DNA of 64,000 bases, taken from Lama glama (lineage: Eukaryota). The translations under genes and the position numbers were made by a program. Below the pieces are notes generated by a model. The model saw only the letters and a program-made list of their open reading frames with translations, did no database searches and was not told the origin of the DNA. This document shows, one piece after another, positions 1 to 14,025 of the stretch. Numbering within the stretch: the first letter of the stretch is position 1; every line of letters starts with the position of its first letter. The DNA is taken from the NCBI GenBank assembly GCA_028534125.1, contig CM052818.1:8620001-8684000 (forward strand), read 5' to 3'.

Positions 1-9
1 TGCAGATGC

Positions 10-95
10 AGTCAGCCTGGTGTGATGCCTGAGATCCTGCATTTCTAACAAGCTCCCAGGTGACGCTGGTCCTAGGAAGCACACCTGGATTCGCC
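10..95 (+). mobile_element. MER5A-like hAT-Charlie DNA transposon fragment
   Basis: CTGCATTTCTAACAAGCTCCCAGGTGA matches the recalled MER5A core. Confidence 0.7.
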
Positions 96-1442
96 AGAAG
101 ACAGTAGAAGGGAAGTGTGCTTTCCAGTCAGAATGCATGGCCTTAGTTTCCTCATCTGCAGCACAAAGGGGTTTGGTAAAATGAGTTTTAAGGTGCATTC
201 CAGCGCTGACATCCCAACATTCAGTGTGTACTATGGTATTAAGAAACCAGATCACACAGGAATGACTCTTAGCCACATGAATTTTTAAACTGGTTTCAGA
301 TGAGATTCTGGCCGTGATTTATGTATCTTTCTGCAGTATCTCTGACAGGTAGGATCAGACACTCTCACTCAAATTATATTATTGTTAAGCTTTAGGCTGA
401 GCTAAATCTTACTGAAAGAGTTCAAAGCACTTCTTTCCATAAGCATCTTTAAAGATTATAAATGTAAAAATAGCTTCTTATGAGAAGCTTAGATGGCAGG
501 GTTTTTCTTTTTAATAACATAAATGAGAAGTCTCCAAAACCATAATGGTAGCACAATCCATAAAAATATGTTAATGCTTCATCTTAAAGTCTTACAGAAA
601 TTGAGGTTTTCTGAGTTAACAAAATAGACTTCATCACAGATGGTCCGAATGATAAAAGGAAACAGCACACTAGTGTAGCAAGACTAAAAACACTGCTCTT
701 AGCTGAGCATGCTGAAAGCCTTTAAGGAAATCTTTCTACATATAGCTCTGCTAAGTACTGAAGGAAAAATGGATTTGATTGGCAAGGGCACTTCAGATGT
801 TTTAGGGAAAGCTCAGGGCCAGAGGATGTGCAAGTTTTATTATAGAGAAGCCATTTCTAATGAAAATGGATGCCTTTATTAAGTTGCCTTTTTCTCATCA
901 TCTTGTGCCTAACACAGGCCAGTGGCACCAAGAAAAGTGGTGTTTGCTTTCTTCCAAGACCTGCAGTCCATATCACCATGACAGACGTCATGAACTTCTT
1001 TTCCTGAATTCAAACAAGGGCAGATGTAGGAGGGTGGCATAGTCCATAGTCTATGAATCTTTGATTAAAAAAAGAATTTCTCAATGGTGAGGACCATTAG
1101 AAATCAGAATTGAAACCCTTTTTATCAAGGGCTTTGGAAATCAGACATAAATACACATCCTTCCGGAAATACCTAAGTATATTTGTGTCTAAAGGAATCT
1201 GATCAAGGGAGATTTGATGTCACAGTGTTTTTTAATGGTCCTCAAGGGTGGCCCATATTTATTTAGCCAACTCTCAATTATCCGTGGCTGTGATGGTCAA
1301 ACTTTTTAAAGAGGTGGAGCCACTCTTTTCTAAATAGTTTCTTATGAAGAATCCCTAAATGTAAAGTAGATAAACCCAGAGCTACTGCATTTAAAGTTTG
1401 GGAAGAAGGGTTGCCCTTAGACCCTGCTATGGTCACCATAGG

Positions 1443-2003
1443 TGTGTTTCAGCTAACTGCTTAACAAACCACCCCAGAACTTAGTGGCTCAAAATTAAAC
1501 ATTGTTGTCTCTCATAGTTCTGTAAGTTGACAAGGTTCAGCCAGGAAGTTCTTTCTTGGGCTCTCTCCTGTAGTTACGGTCACAATGTCCTCTGAAGGCT
1601 CTGCTGGGCTGGGTGCCCAAAATGATGCCTTCATCCCATGTCCAGAGCTTTGGTGCTCCTTGGCTTCTCTCTGTCTCCACACAGCATCTCATCCTCCAGG
1701 GTCTTTCAGTGTGGTTTGGGATTCTCATAGGGTGGTTTCTAGGTAATCACACTTCTTACATAGCAGCTGGCTTCTAAGAAACAAGAATTGAAACTTCCAG
1801 GCCAGTTAATGGCTAAGCCCAGTACTGGCACAACACCACTTCCACTGTATTCTATTGCCAAAGCAATCACACAGACTTCCCAGATTCAGAGGGGTAGAGA
1901 AATAACAACCCCTTGATGGGAAGGTAGCAACGTCACGTTGTAGAAAAGCATGCGGGTTGGGAGATATTGTTGCAGCCATCTTTGGGATATGCCATCTGCC
2001 ATA
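1443..2003 (-). mobile_element. MaLR (MLT1-type) LTR
   Basis: AACAAACCACCCCAGAACTTAGTGGCT, CACTTCCACTGTATTCTATTG and GCAGCCATCTTTGG are typical antisense MLT1 blocks. Confidence 0.7.
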
Positions 2004-3284
2004 GTTGAAATGCACTCTGGTAAAAAGAATCTGAGATGATATGGAGAATCAAAATTTAGAAATAATCTTAGGATCTTAAAAATCCCTGCTTCTGAGAGAT
2101 TTTTAATTGTGATCTTGTACAAAATTGGAAATAGTAAGTTTGGTTTTATTTCTGGATCTTCTTTACTGGCAGAGATATTAATGTCATATCCTATTGAGAA
2201 GTGCTCTAAGCTGCTACTTATTTGCGGGGAGGGGTGTGGAAAAGAAAAGGTAAGGATAATAATGGTGTCAAAACACAGCCAATCCTCCCCCTCTCTATTT
2301 TCTACATCACAGAAAGTGACTGGGACAGATACAATGTGACCCCAGAACACTCAGGTCAGAGAGACAGGCAGGCAGAAAACCGTAGCAACACAGCCACTAG
2401 TCAAGTGGTCAGCCAGCATTTTGCACAGCATTTTGGAAGAAAACAAAGTCTTCTATAGAAAACTCCTGGTAAAAACTGCACTTTGAAGAATGCATAAGCA
2501 AAGCCTATAAACCTATCATTAGTAATAAGGGCCCTGAAAGAGAAGTGGAATCCCAGCCTAGGAATCTGAGACAAGGATTTTTAAAGCCTTGAAGAACCAG
2601 ACCAGTTCTTGAACCACACTATTTAGGGGTTCCTGAGTCAGTAAAAAATGGAAATAGCAGAATCCACAATAAATGATATATTAAATATAAAATATTCTTT
2701 ATTTTATTCAGTGATGTATGATAGAATATTCAAATATTAAGATTCTCATTTCAGAATGAGGATTCAGTTTTCTTATCAAATCCACTGGTTGCCTTCAAAG
2801 ATTCCAAAATTAAAGAGTCCTTTTAGATTTTAGATTTTTAGGACCTGAGTCCAATGCATACTTGTTGAGTTTTATGGTCAAAGTTTTTTGTCCAAGATAG
2901 ACAAAACCCTTCACAATTCTTCCTTTCTAAGGTTTATTTACATCTGGACCCACCACATGTTGCATTAACATATCCACAGGGATGATGATAAAAGTTTCCA
3001 ATGGAGTGTGATATTCTCCAGACTGAATTACCCTCTCCACCCAGCTGGAGGAGCTAGTTTGAACATATCTGGAGGCCAAGAATGGATTAGGAAAACAGGT
3101 TCAATATATCTTATTACCAAGCAAAATTATCTCCTAGAAATTGCTCAACTTATTATTGGCAAAATCTCCTATTACTAGGGCAGGATTTTCAGAGAATGGT
3201 TCTCAAAAAGATGAAGTCTAGTTAGCCTTGATAAGGTTACATTGTAAAGTTGCCCATATTCTAAGCTTTAAAAAACAACTCCAG

Positions 3285-3850
3285 TGGGAAAACTCTAATT
3301 CAAAAAGATATAGGCACCCCAAGTTTCATAGCAGCACTTTTTACAATAGACAACAACAGATGACTGGATAAAGAAGACATGGTATACATATGCAATGGAA
3401 TACTACTCAGCCATAAAAATGAACAAAATAATGCCATCTGTGGCAACATGGATGGACACAGAGATTATCACACTGAATGAAGTAAGTCAGACAGAGAAAG
3501 ACAAATATCATGTGGTATCACTTATATGTGGGATCTAACAAAAATGATACAAATTCTATTTACAAACCAAAAACAAACTCACAGACATAGAAAACAAACT
3601 ATGGTTACCAAAGGGGAAAGGAGGGATAAATTGAGGGGTTAGGGACTAACAGATACACATTACTATATATAAAATAGATAAACAACAAGCACCTACTGTA
3701 TAGCACACAGAACTATATTCAGTTTCTTGTAATAACATATAATGGAAAAGAATCTGAAAAGAAAAAATACGTATGTTTGTATATGTATAACTGAATTACT
3801 TTGCTTTACACCTGAAACTAACACTGTAAATCAACTACACTTCAGTAAGG
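3285..3850 (+). mobile_element. L1 3' end (ORF2 C-terminus and 3' UTR), cetartiodactyl type
   Basis: GGAATACTACTCAGCCATAAAAA, ATGGATGGAC, GAAGTAAGTCAGACAGAGAAAGACAAATA, CTACTGTATAGCACA, TGTAAATCAACTA. Confidence 0.9.
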
Positions 3851-6800
3851 TAAGCATCCTAAGGGTAGTTCCATGGATCCTTTCAGAGACATATGACTTC
3901 AGCTTTTCATTCCACTGGGTAAGAGTTCTTGGCTCTTTCCAATAAATTCTACTTATGTGCTCAGCAGAAGTCAATTTCTATTCTGAATAACCACAGAACG
4001 CTAATGGTTGCAGAAATGTACTAAAACTGAACAGACTGTCTGAGTGGAAGGGATTCAGGAAGCTTACAGCAGAGAGAAAGGAAATTCAAAGAATCAAATT
4101 TACAGTGTTTATCCAGTGCTCTTCAGAGGAGGGCGTGACTCCTCTGGGAATTCACTCAGTCTGGAGATTAGAAAGGTTTTCTCTATTGTGGGTCAAGAAT
4201 CTCATCACGGCCTGGAGAATATTCCTAAAATCTTCCTCCACTGTTGTCTCTGATTCCTTGCTTACCGGCTAACCTTAAATTGCGAATTCAATTCTCAGGG
4301 TATCATGAGATCAGAAAGGAAGTAACTCTGGTAATGGGAAAGGAATAATCCCCATTGTAAGTGTATATCATCTGTAAGTGAATAACACTGTGCAGCAGTC
4401 TCTTGACAGTTTGGACAGTCACAGTCAGTTGTCTCAGTCTGACAAACAACAGAGTCCTAGCAAAGTTGTTTCTCAATCTACAAGACTGAAACCAGCCAGA
4501 GGTGACATCACCAAAGTGGTGTCACCCTTTGAGGTGCCACTGTTTCTCCAGATTTCTCCTCTTTCCTTCCATTCTTCCTCATTTTACTACAATACTCAAT
4601 AATACACATATGGTGGGTAGATCTCCAAGGTCCACATTCTTTGCTACATGTAAGTTTATACAGTGAGTAAAACCTAATTAATTCTAGCCATCAGCTATAA
4701 TTACAAAGGAAAGTGAGCAAGGTTTAATTCTATCTCTGTATGATAAAAGGATTTATTAAGAAAATTGATGTAAAGTAGCAGTCCTCTCCTCTGTGTTTTT
4801 TGTTTGTTTGTTTTGGTTTGTTTTTCCTGTGATGTACAAGAATAGCGTTGGCATGAGCAACACAGCCCCATGAGCAGTTTCTGTCTTCATCTCTGTAACC
4901 CCACCCCTGCATTTTTTTTCAAGAAAGTATATTAATGCAAATGTGTGACCATGATACTATTGTGATAACCTTAAATCTTCTCTGGTTTATTTTTAAAAGC
5001 TGAACCTTTGCAAACTTTTGTATACCTACTGTGATTGCTGTTAGGTTGCTTGCAACACATCATTGTGCCCTACTGAGACCCACTGATGTAAATATTGAAG
5101 GGAGAATGTTTCAGCTAATTATTAACAAGGTTGTTTATAAAAATTTTCCAATCTTTGTGGAATTAACATGCCAATTTCACTCTTTCTTGTCAGTTCCAGC
5201 AAGAGGGACAGAACCATGATCTGCTTATTTTGAGAGCTTGAACCGAAATAACTATGTATATGGCACACCAAGAAGTCACCTCCATTACCTAGAAGTTGTT
5301 TGTCTTGTGTCCATCTCACAAATTAAGGCTAACCTTCTCAATCATGTTAAATAAACATGATTTCACTGAATATAAAGAATTTTGAGGAAGCCCACGTCAC
5401 TTGACACTAATGTTCTTTTCATTCTGAGACTGTTGATTTAGATTCCTCAAGCTCCACAGGGCTGCAGGTTGAATACCACGAATGCTGGGTGATACCTACT
5501 TTAGGCCACTTGGGATTTATCTAGCCCTTGACCTGCAATTTTTGCCTGTAGAATGATAGACCTATCTGTGTAGAACTTAACAGAGGCAAGTGAGACTTAA
5601 TGAAAGGTCACAATGAAATGTTTTTCATGTCAATGTCACACAGAATACATGTAAGTTAGGCCCTAAAGTTTGGAGTCATATGCTGTGCTGTTTATACCCT
5701 GCACTGATGGTCTGGGTACTGCAGAGTCTTTTAAAAAACACTGCCGTGAACCTGCATCGAGCCTGCATGGAATTGCCTGGGAACAGAGCAATGAATTAAA
5801 GATGGCACAGCTCCCTTTGCTTAACATTTCCTATTTTTCAGGGGTTTGTTTTGCAACTTTAATATTATTAATCTACACAACCTTTTACTTTTCATTCAGA
5901 ATTTATATCAGAATCAAGCTAATACATTAAAGATGAGTTAGTTCATTGTTGGGTGGTTTAACATAGACCTAGTATGTTAATCCTGATGTGCTTGTTACTA
6001 GGGTTTTAAAATTTTTATTATTATTATTTTTTCTGCCTCGTAGCTGTGGTTAGGCAGCAGCAATAAATCAGAACAAAGGAATGAAGGTATTGGGGCTTTA
6101 GGGAAAACATGTATTAGAAAAAATTGGTTTGGCACTAAGGGCTGTATTGCATTAAGATGGATTTTAGAGATACAGAGGTAAGAGAATGTAGACAAATAAA
6201 TTGTATAAATAATCTGAGAAATAGCAGGTCTGTACAGACCCCGAGTAACCCTGTAAGCTACCATCAACAGGACTTCCTAATTCCTGTTCAAACAGACCAA
6301 ACAGGTATACTCTACTTAAACAAATAGCCAGGAGAAATGGGCACATGGCTAATGCTAGGGAAAGTGGGAGGAACAGATAAAGCTCTTTAGAATAGCCTCA
6401 AGGATTGGAATAATAGAAGTCAGCGGAGGAGTCTGACATAGCATCTTCTGTGAATAGGGCTTTATTGCCACTCCAGGCACTGATATTGCAAACACATGCT
6501 AAGACAACCAGAAACTGGGAGCCTCACAGCACAGCTCATGCCTGAGACCGCAGTTCTCTGCAGTAGGGGATTTGTGTTGGCAGCCTGAATACCAAGGGGG
6601 CAGGAAGGAGCACTGAGATAAGGCTGAGCATATGAATAAAAGACATGGTGTGGAAGGGGAAGTTGATGGGAACAAGATAGGACCATTCCAGGGCCCCAAC
6701 GAAGTGCAAGGATGCCAGGAAGTGCATAAAGAATCACAGGAGAAAAAGGGACTTTTCCTGGCAGCCTAAATAGCACCTGAACCGGGAGACCCATATGTTC

Positions 6801-9010
6801 TGAAACAGATTTTTATTCTCAACTAAAGCATAAAAGCTCTGTAGATGTGGAGAGACTGTTTGTTTGAAGCCCTGAACCGGCTTCTGTGACTCAGATATAT
6901 CTCATTTGTCTCTGCTTCTTTAATCTAAGTTGGTCTAGGCATGCATCCCTGTGCATGTAGTGGACCTGATCCCCATTCGTTTGCCTAGACCCGTTTCTGG
7001 TTTGTTCACTGGACCAACTGTTCGCTGGCCCAGCACCCATCCCCTGGATCCACTTCAGACTTGCTCTTCATTGGGCCTCTCTCAACTATCTTCCTAACTT
7101 CTTTCCCTTACCCTTTTTTATTCACTCTTCCTCAGCTTCCAAGGTATATTTAACAGGATATGACTGCTAAAGCAGCTGTGGTCATCCCCAAGATAACAGT
7201 AACCATACTATTAACCATACTATCCCATGCAGCCTGGCTGAGTTCTGTACATTGTCATTAAAAATGGGTATATTTAAAAAAAGTGGGTATATTTCTTTGG
7301 CTTCATGGGTTTGCTATAGCTGAGAGCCTCAATGCAAGGAGAGGTTACCAGTTTTTTGATCCCCATATTTTCCCTCTTATTCAAATAAGAATAACACGTG
7401 GACCCTGACTTCAAGGAACTTACAAAAAATATAAATGACTAAATATGAATGATCCAAGTTCAATAACAGAAAAGAAGTAAATAACTGTTTAAAAAACAGT
7501 AAAGGAAAAAGTCACGTCAGCACATGGTTATTTGGCAAATGAAAGGGTACTAATTGGTACGAAAGTTCAAAAGTAGGAAGAAAGACTACTTTGAGCTGGC
7601 GAGGTCTGGGGGAGCTGCCAGGCTTATTTATCAGGGAAAGTTGAAGGTTTAGACTTGAGCTCTTGTGGCGTCTCCAGGGTCCTAGTTGAATCGAGGGAAA
7701 AAGAAGAAAGGTCATTTCATTGCTTGGGTTCCGATGAGCAACTGACAAGAAAGGACACGGACAGATAAATCTCATCCTTGACATTGACCTTTGACTGCAA
7801 CCTTTTATATATCGTGTATCCTCATGATCTTTAACCAACATCTTAACACATCTAAAACTTGGCAACATGTTTCTTGGGAAAGCCTGTGAAGTGTGCATTG
7901 ATGGAACAATTCTGTCTGCAGGTCAGTGTATGCAGCCTAAGAAGTTTGTGCTCTTCAACCAGACTGAAGCTAAAAACAGGCTATTTTCACTCTTTGGTTA
8001 AATGCTAGCTAAATTCATTTTAATACTGCACTGTCAGTATTTTATTTATTTGTCTGGATGCCACATTTCCTCTCCCAAATCTCTTGCATAAATGATTTAC
8101 TATTTGTTCCCAAAGCTGAAGAGTCTATGCCTTGTCTCTTTTTTCTGATAAGGGGATATTGCAGTAGCTTTCCTTTTATGCTGCTGATGGTTTTTATTTT
8201 GCTAATTCATAGTTCAGCAGAGTAACTAGTTTAGTAAGGCACAGAAAACCAAGAAGTTCAGCCCTCAAAATGACTAAGACGGTAAATCTTCCCTGGTCCA
8301 TTATCACAGAGAACCCTGTTGAATTTGCTTTCCTAAAAAGTAAGTTAGCAAATAGTGGTTCTTAGAATTGGTTTTACATTTTCTTAACTCTCCAAACTAA
8401 GCATATTTAACTACAAGACACTTAAGGTCCTTAAGATAAAGTTATGAAAGAGCAGTTTTACAATGGAAACCTATAAATCTTGAAAAAAAAAATGGGAGCA
8501 ATTCTTTCTGAATATACCCTTGTGAGGTCTTCACATAGGAATGTAGAGTCCTCTACATTTAAGACAAGGATTATGTGATTTTAAAAAAATTTCTCAGTTC
8601 TTTTAAGGCAGCATTTGGGATGTTATAACAAGAAAGGTATATGCCATAGTTCTTTATGGTGGTGGTCACTAGACTAAACTAAAGGATTAAAATAAAAACA
8701 AAAGCCAACAAACTCACAAAATTAATTCATCAGGTAAGTACTAAGCTACTGTTCAAACCCTAAATTTTACAAAATGCAACTTAATAGAAAGTCTCTTCCA
8801 TATTAAAAATGCTGCAAGCAAAATAGAGACCTGACTCCTGGAAGCTGCCCAGTCTCCCAACTTTCTTCCCTTAGGGTCTGGGGACTAATTCCCTATACAA
8901 TCTCACATTCCTCTCAGAATGCTTCACTAACTTCTTGGATTGCCTTATTCTTTCAAAGTTTTAGATTGTAGACCCTGGGAAGCAAAAAGCAAAAAACAAA
9001 AACCAAAAAC

Positions 9011-9111
9011 CTCCATGTTCAGGAAAACATATTGAGAAATAAAGAATAAAATGAGTGAAAAAAAACTCCATGTTCAGGAAACTTGATGAGAAATAAAGAA
9101 TAAAATTAGTG
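9011..9111 (+). repeat. Tandem duplication, about 55-bp period, two copies
   Basis: CTCCATGTTCAGGAAA...TGAGAAATAAAGAATAAAAT starts at 9011 and again at 9066. Confidence 0.9.
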
Positions 9112-9679
9112 GTTGGGTACCAGCGGAGTTAGTGCATTAAATGGAGGGAGAAGAAATGGCAAAACCAATTGAGGTGCTTTTGTGGTACTACGTAAACAGA
9201 GTTCTCCAGTTTTAATTAGTTGCACTTCTATTCAGGATCATTGGTTATATATAAAACATGATTTATGTCTATATAGTACTTTTTCTCTCCCAGAAAATTA
9301 TAGAATAATTCACAATCTAAAGCAGAATGTACATTTTGGTACATCTCTCTAAAAAATTGGTAGATCAAGCCAATGAAAATAAATGAGGATATAGAGAATG
9401 TGGTTAACACAGTTACAAAACTAAATCTTAAATAAAACTTTATACCAAATAAAGAGAAAATACTTATTTTTCTCAAATTCCTATGGAACTACTATAAAAA
9501 CTGGTCATAGATTAGGTCAGAAAGACAATCCCAATAAAATCCCCAAGGGTGAACCATAAATGTTACATTCTCTGGCCATATTGGCCATATTGCAATACAC
9601 ATAAACACGCACACACACACTAGCCCCCAAGTCCAACCATTTGGAAATTTAAAGACAGACTTCTAAGTGACCCTGGGAA

Positions 9680-9804
9680 AAAGGAAGGAAGGAAGGAAGG
9701 AAGGAAGGAAGGAAGGAAGGAAGAAAGGAAGGAAGAAAGAAAGAAAGAAAGAAAGAAAGGGAGAAAGGAAGAAAGAAAGGGAGAAAGGAAGAAAGGAAAG
9801 AAAG
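9680..9804 (+). repeat. (GGAA)n/(GAAA)n purine microsatellite
   Basis: Directly visible. Confidence 0.95.
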
Positions 9805-9884
9805 ATTATAGACCCTTTGGAAATGAATGATTATGGCAACTTTCTATATTAAAAGCTATGGAAGTCAGAAAGATGTGATGTGAT

Positions 9885-11228
9885 AAGCTGCCTTTGTGGG
9901 CTTAGTAGAACAATGGGGCTATGCACCAAGAAGTGCAGTGGTCTCCAGAAGCTTGGAACAACCATCCTGTTATAGCCAAGAAGCAAATGGGGACCTTAGT
10001 TCTACAAACACAAGGAACTGAACTCCGCCAACAGTCTGAATGAGGAGGAAACCGATTCTCCCTAGAGTCTCCAGAAAGGAAAGCAGCCCTGCAGATACTT
10101 TGATTTTAACTCAGTAAGTGTCAGATTTCTAAGCTACAGAACTATAAATAAATTTGTGCTATTTTAAGCCAATAGGTTTCTGGTTATTTGTTAAGGCAAC
10201 ATAAAAAACTAATACAGATTTTGGTACCTATAGTAGGTGCCACTATAACAGATAACTAAATATGCGGAGTGGCTGTGGAATTGGCAGTAGGCAGAGGCTG
10301 GAAGAGTGTTAGAGAAGCATGATAGAAAAAGTCTAGATTGCATAGAATAGACTTTTAGTAGAAATAGGTACTTCAGGAGTTGTATTCTGTAGTTCTGTGG
10401 AAAGCAGAATTTACAAATAATGGAATTTGACATTTAGGCTGAGGAGATTTCTCAGCAAAGTGTTGAAGGTGCAAATGGTTTTCTTCTTGCTGCTTATAGT
10501 AAAATGTGAGAGGAAAGAAATAAATTGAGGAAAGAACTATCATAGGATCCAGAATTTGATGATTTAGGAAATTTTCAAACTATCCAGATTAGAAAAGACA
10601 CTAAAATTGAGAGATTCACTGTCAGGGAATCTCTCAGCTATCCCTCAGCTATCTCAGCAAAATCCAAAAACAGAGACAGGATTATTAGGAAAGACCTAGG
10701 GATGAGCCTTTTATCTAATAGAGTAAATCCTCGTGACATACATAGGAGACTGACAAAGTTCTTGAGAATTTTACATCAGCAGAAACACTGTCAGCTTGGA
10801 CTACAGGAAAGAGAGAGAGCATGAAAAGAAAAAAGGCTCTGAGACTCTAACAATTCTACAGGCAGGAAACAAGCTGATAAATCTCACAGCTACAAACACA
10901 TACTTTTTCAAGAAAAAGAAAGGATGACTCATTCCATGTACCATAGAGGATAATTCCCAGACCTTGAAGTTTAATGGTGTTTCCTCAACTGGATTTCGAA
11001 GTTGATTGGGACCAGTCACTCCTTTTTTTTTTTTTAACCTCCTTTCATTTTCTCCTTTTTGAACTGGAATATCTATAAGTGTTATCTTATGCTTGTCCCA
11101 AGGGTATATTTTGGGAGCAGAGAACTTGTTTTTTAGTTTCCTAGATACACAGATGGAGACAAATTATGCCTCACGATGGATAATACCCACACTTGATTTA
11201 GATGATAAGGAACAAAAAAACTAATACA
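9885..11228 (+). mobile_element. MaLR (MLT1) element: partial 5' LTR, internal region and 3' LTR tip
   Basis: LTR end AACTAATACA (to 10216) is followed by the MaLR internal start GATTTTGGTACC; a second AACTAATACA ends at 11228. Confidence 0.8.
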
Positions 11229-11888
11229 AGATTTAGGGAAAATGTAATACACCATACATCTTTTAAAATTACATCTTTATTTAATAGGCATTCAACAGAC
11301 TTTCTTACATGCTACATTATTTCAAAACACTGTATTTAAAAATAAAGTTATGCTATTTATTTATAGGTAGTAGTTACTACTATGATTTTTAAAGATCAGT
11401 ACAAATGCAAATTCAAAAAATTATCATCTTTATGAAGTTTTATTTTCTTTTCAGAATAAAAATGAGGATATCAATAATCTTTTCCTGTAAAAAGATTTTG
11501 CTGTAATCTGAAATTTCACTAAAGTTATTCTTATCACCAATTAGCACAAAGTAATTTACATAAACATTTCAGTATGGTATAGTCTCATAAGACCTTAGGG
11601 AGATAAAATTATTCTAGCAAAATTACCCCATTTTATAGAAAGGAAAATAGATACTTGGTGCAGAAAAAAAACAACTTGCCTAAGGAAACACTGTAAATTA
11701 GTTACTGACTTGGTCTAGAACACAAGTTTGCTGAGTTTGAAATTTTGCCTAGTTTATCAGCCACTGCCATACTTTCTCTTATAACCTTGATTAAGAATGT
11801 GACTGGTCCTCAACCTCAGGGAATTTGTGCTAATATTTTGGAAACCTTTCATCTCATTAGGCACTAAAACAACAAAACTTTTGAGTTA

Positions 11889-14025
11889 AATGGTGAAAAA
11901 CTGAAACTTTCCCTTTAAGATTAGGAACAATATAAAAATGCTCACTCTCACCACATCTATTCAACACAACATTGGAAATCCTAGCTAGAGAAATCAAGTA
12001 AGAAAAAGTAACAAAGACATCCAAACAGGAAGGGAAGAAGCAAAATGAGCTCTGTTTGCTGGTGATATTATCTTTTGTGTAGAAAATTCTAAAGATCCCA
12101 CTACAAAAAACCCTGCTAGAACTAATAAATGAGTTCAGCAAAATTCAGGATACAAAATCAACCCACAAAAATCAGTTGCATTTCAATTCATGAACAATCT
12201 GAATAGGAAATTAAGTAAAAAATCTCATTTAACATAGCATCAAAATGAATAAAATCCTTAGGAATAAACTTAACCAAGGAGGCAAAAGACTTGTACACAG
12301 AAAACTACAAAACAGTGCAGAAAGAAATTAAAGAAGAAACAAATAAATGGAAAGATATCCTATGTTCATAGATTATAAGGCTTATTATGATTAAAATGTC
12401 CATATTACATAAAACAATCTACAGATTCAATGCAATGCTTATCAAAATCCTAATGACTTTTTTTTTTATAAAAATAGGGAACAAAAAGAGCTCAAATTCA
12501 CAAGGAATTTAAAGGATCTGCATTAGCCAAAACAATCTTAAGAGAGAAAAACAAAGCTGAAGGCCTCAAGCTTCCTGATTTAAAACATACTATAAAGCTA
12601 CAATGATCAAAACAGTATGATACTAGCATAAAAACAGGCATATAAACCAATAAAACTGAATAGACAGTTGAGAAATAAGCCCTCATGTGTATGATCATAC
12701 ATTCATACGATTTTTGACAAAGGTGTTAAGGTTACTCAGTCGGAAGAGAATACTCTCACCAACAAATAGTGTTGGGAAAACTGGACAGCCAGGTGAAAAA
12801 GAATGAAGTTGGATGCTCAATTACATCATATACAAAATTAGCTCAAAATGGATTAAAGACCTAAACATAAGACCTGAAGCAATAAAATTCCTAAAGAAAA
12901 GATACAAGGACAGCTTCATGACATTTCACTTGGCAATAATTCCATGGATGTAACACAGCACAGGCAACAAAAGCAAAAATAAGCAAATGGGACTATAGCA
13001 AACTTTAAAACTCCTGTAGAGCAAAAGAAATGATCCACAGAATGAAAAGACAACCTACAGAATAGGGGGGAAATATCTTCAAACCATATATCTAATAAGG
13101 GGTTAATATCCAGAAGATATAGAGGACTCTTACAACTCAACAATAAAAACACAATCTAATTCAGAAATGGGCAGGGGACGTGTACAGACATTTCTCCAAA
13201 GAAGACACACAAACAACCAACAAGCACATAAAAAGATGCTCAGTGTCATTATTTATCAGGGAAATGCACATCAAAACACAATGAGATATCACCTCATTAC
13301 TTTAGGATGACCATTATAAAAAAAAAACTGGAAAATAACAAGTGTTGGGGAAGATGTTGAGAAACTGGAACACTTGTGCACTGTTGCTGGGAACAACAAT
13401 GGTGCAGTTGCTACAGAAAACAATATGAAGGTTCCTTAGAAAATTAAAAATAAAATTACCACAGGATCCAGCAATTCCACTTCTGTGTATAATGCAAAAG
13501 AATTGAAAACATGATCTCAAAGTGATATTTGCAGACCTATGTCCACTGCAACATTATTTACAATATCCAAGAGGTAAAAGCAACCTAAATGTCCATCAAC
13601 AGATGAATGGATAAAGGGAATATGGCATATACATACAATGGAATATTATTCAGCCTTTACAAAAGGAAATCCTGTCATATGCTACAACATGGATGAAACT
13701 TGTAGACAACATGCTAAGTGAAATAGCCCACAAATAAGACACAAAAAGGCAAAATCTGCATGATTTCACCTACATGAGGTATTTAAAATAGTCAAACTCT
13801 TAGAAACAAAAAATAGGTTGATGGTTGTTGGGGTGGTTGTTGGGGGCTGGGAGAAGTGGGCAAAGGGGAATTATTTTTAGTAAGTATAGTTTCAATTTTG
13901 CAGGATGAAGAAGTTTCAGAGGTCTGTTGCATAACAATGTGCATATACTCAACACTATTGCACTGTACATTTAAAAATGGCTAAGATGGTAAATTTTACA
14001 TTATGTATTTTTACCACAATAAAAA
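11889..14025 (+). mobile_element. 5'-truncated L1 (L1M-type), ORF2 RT/C-terminus and 3' UTR, degenerate
   Basis: RT-like LFAGDI at about 12052; CAGGATACAAAATCAAC, AAATGTCCATCAACAGATGAATGG; ends ACCACAATAAAAA. Confidence 0.92.

Noticed and set aside
9667..9852. Lys/Arg/Glu-rich 61-aa ORF
   Set aside because: Translation of the GGAA/GAAA microsatellite.
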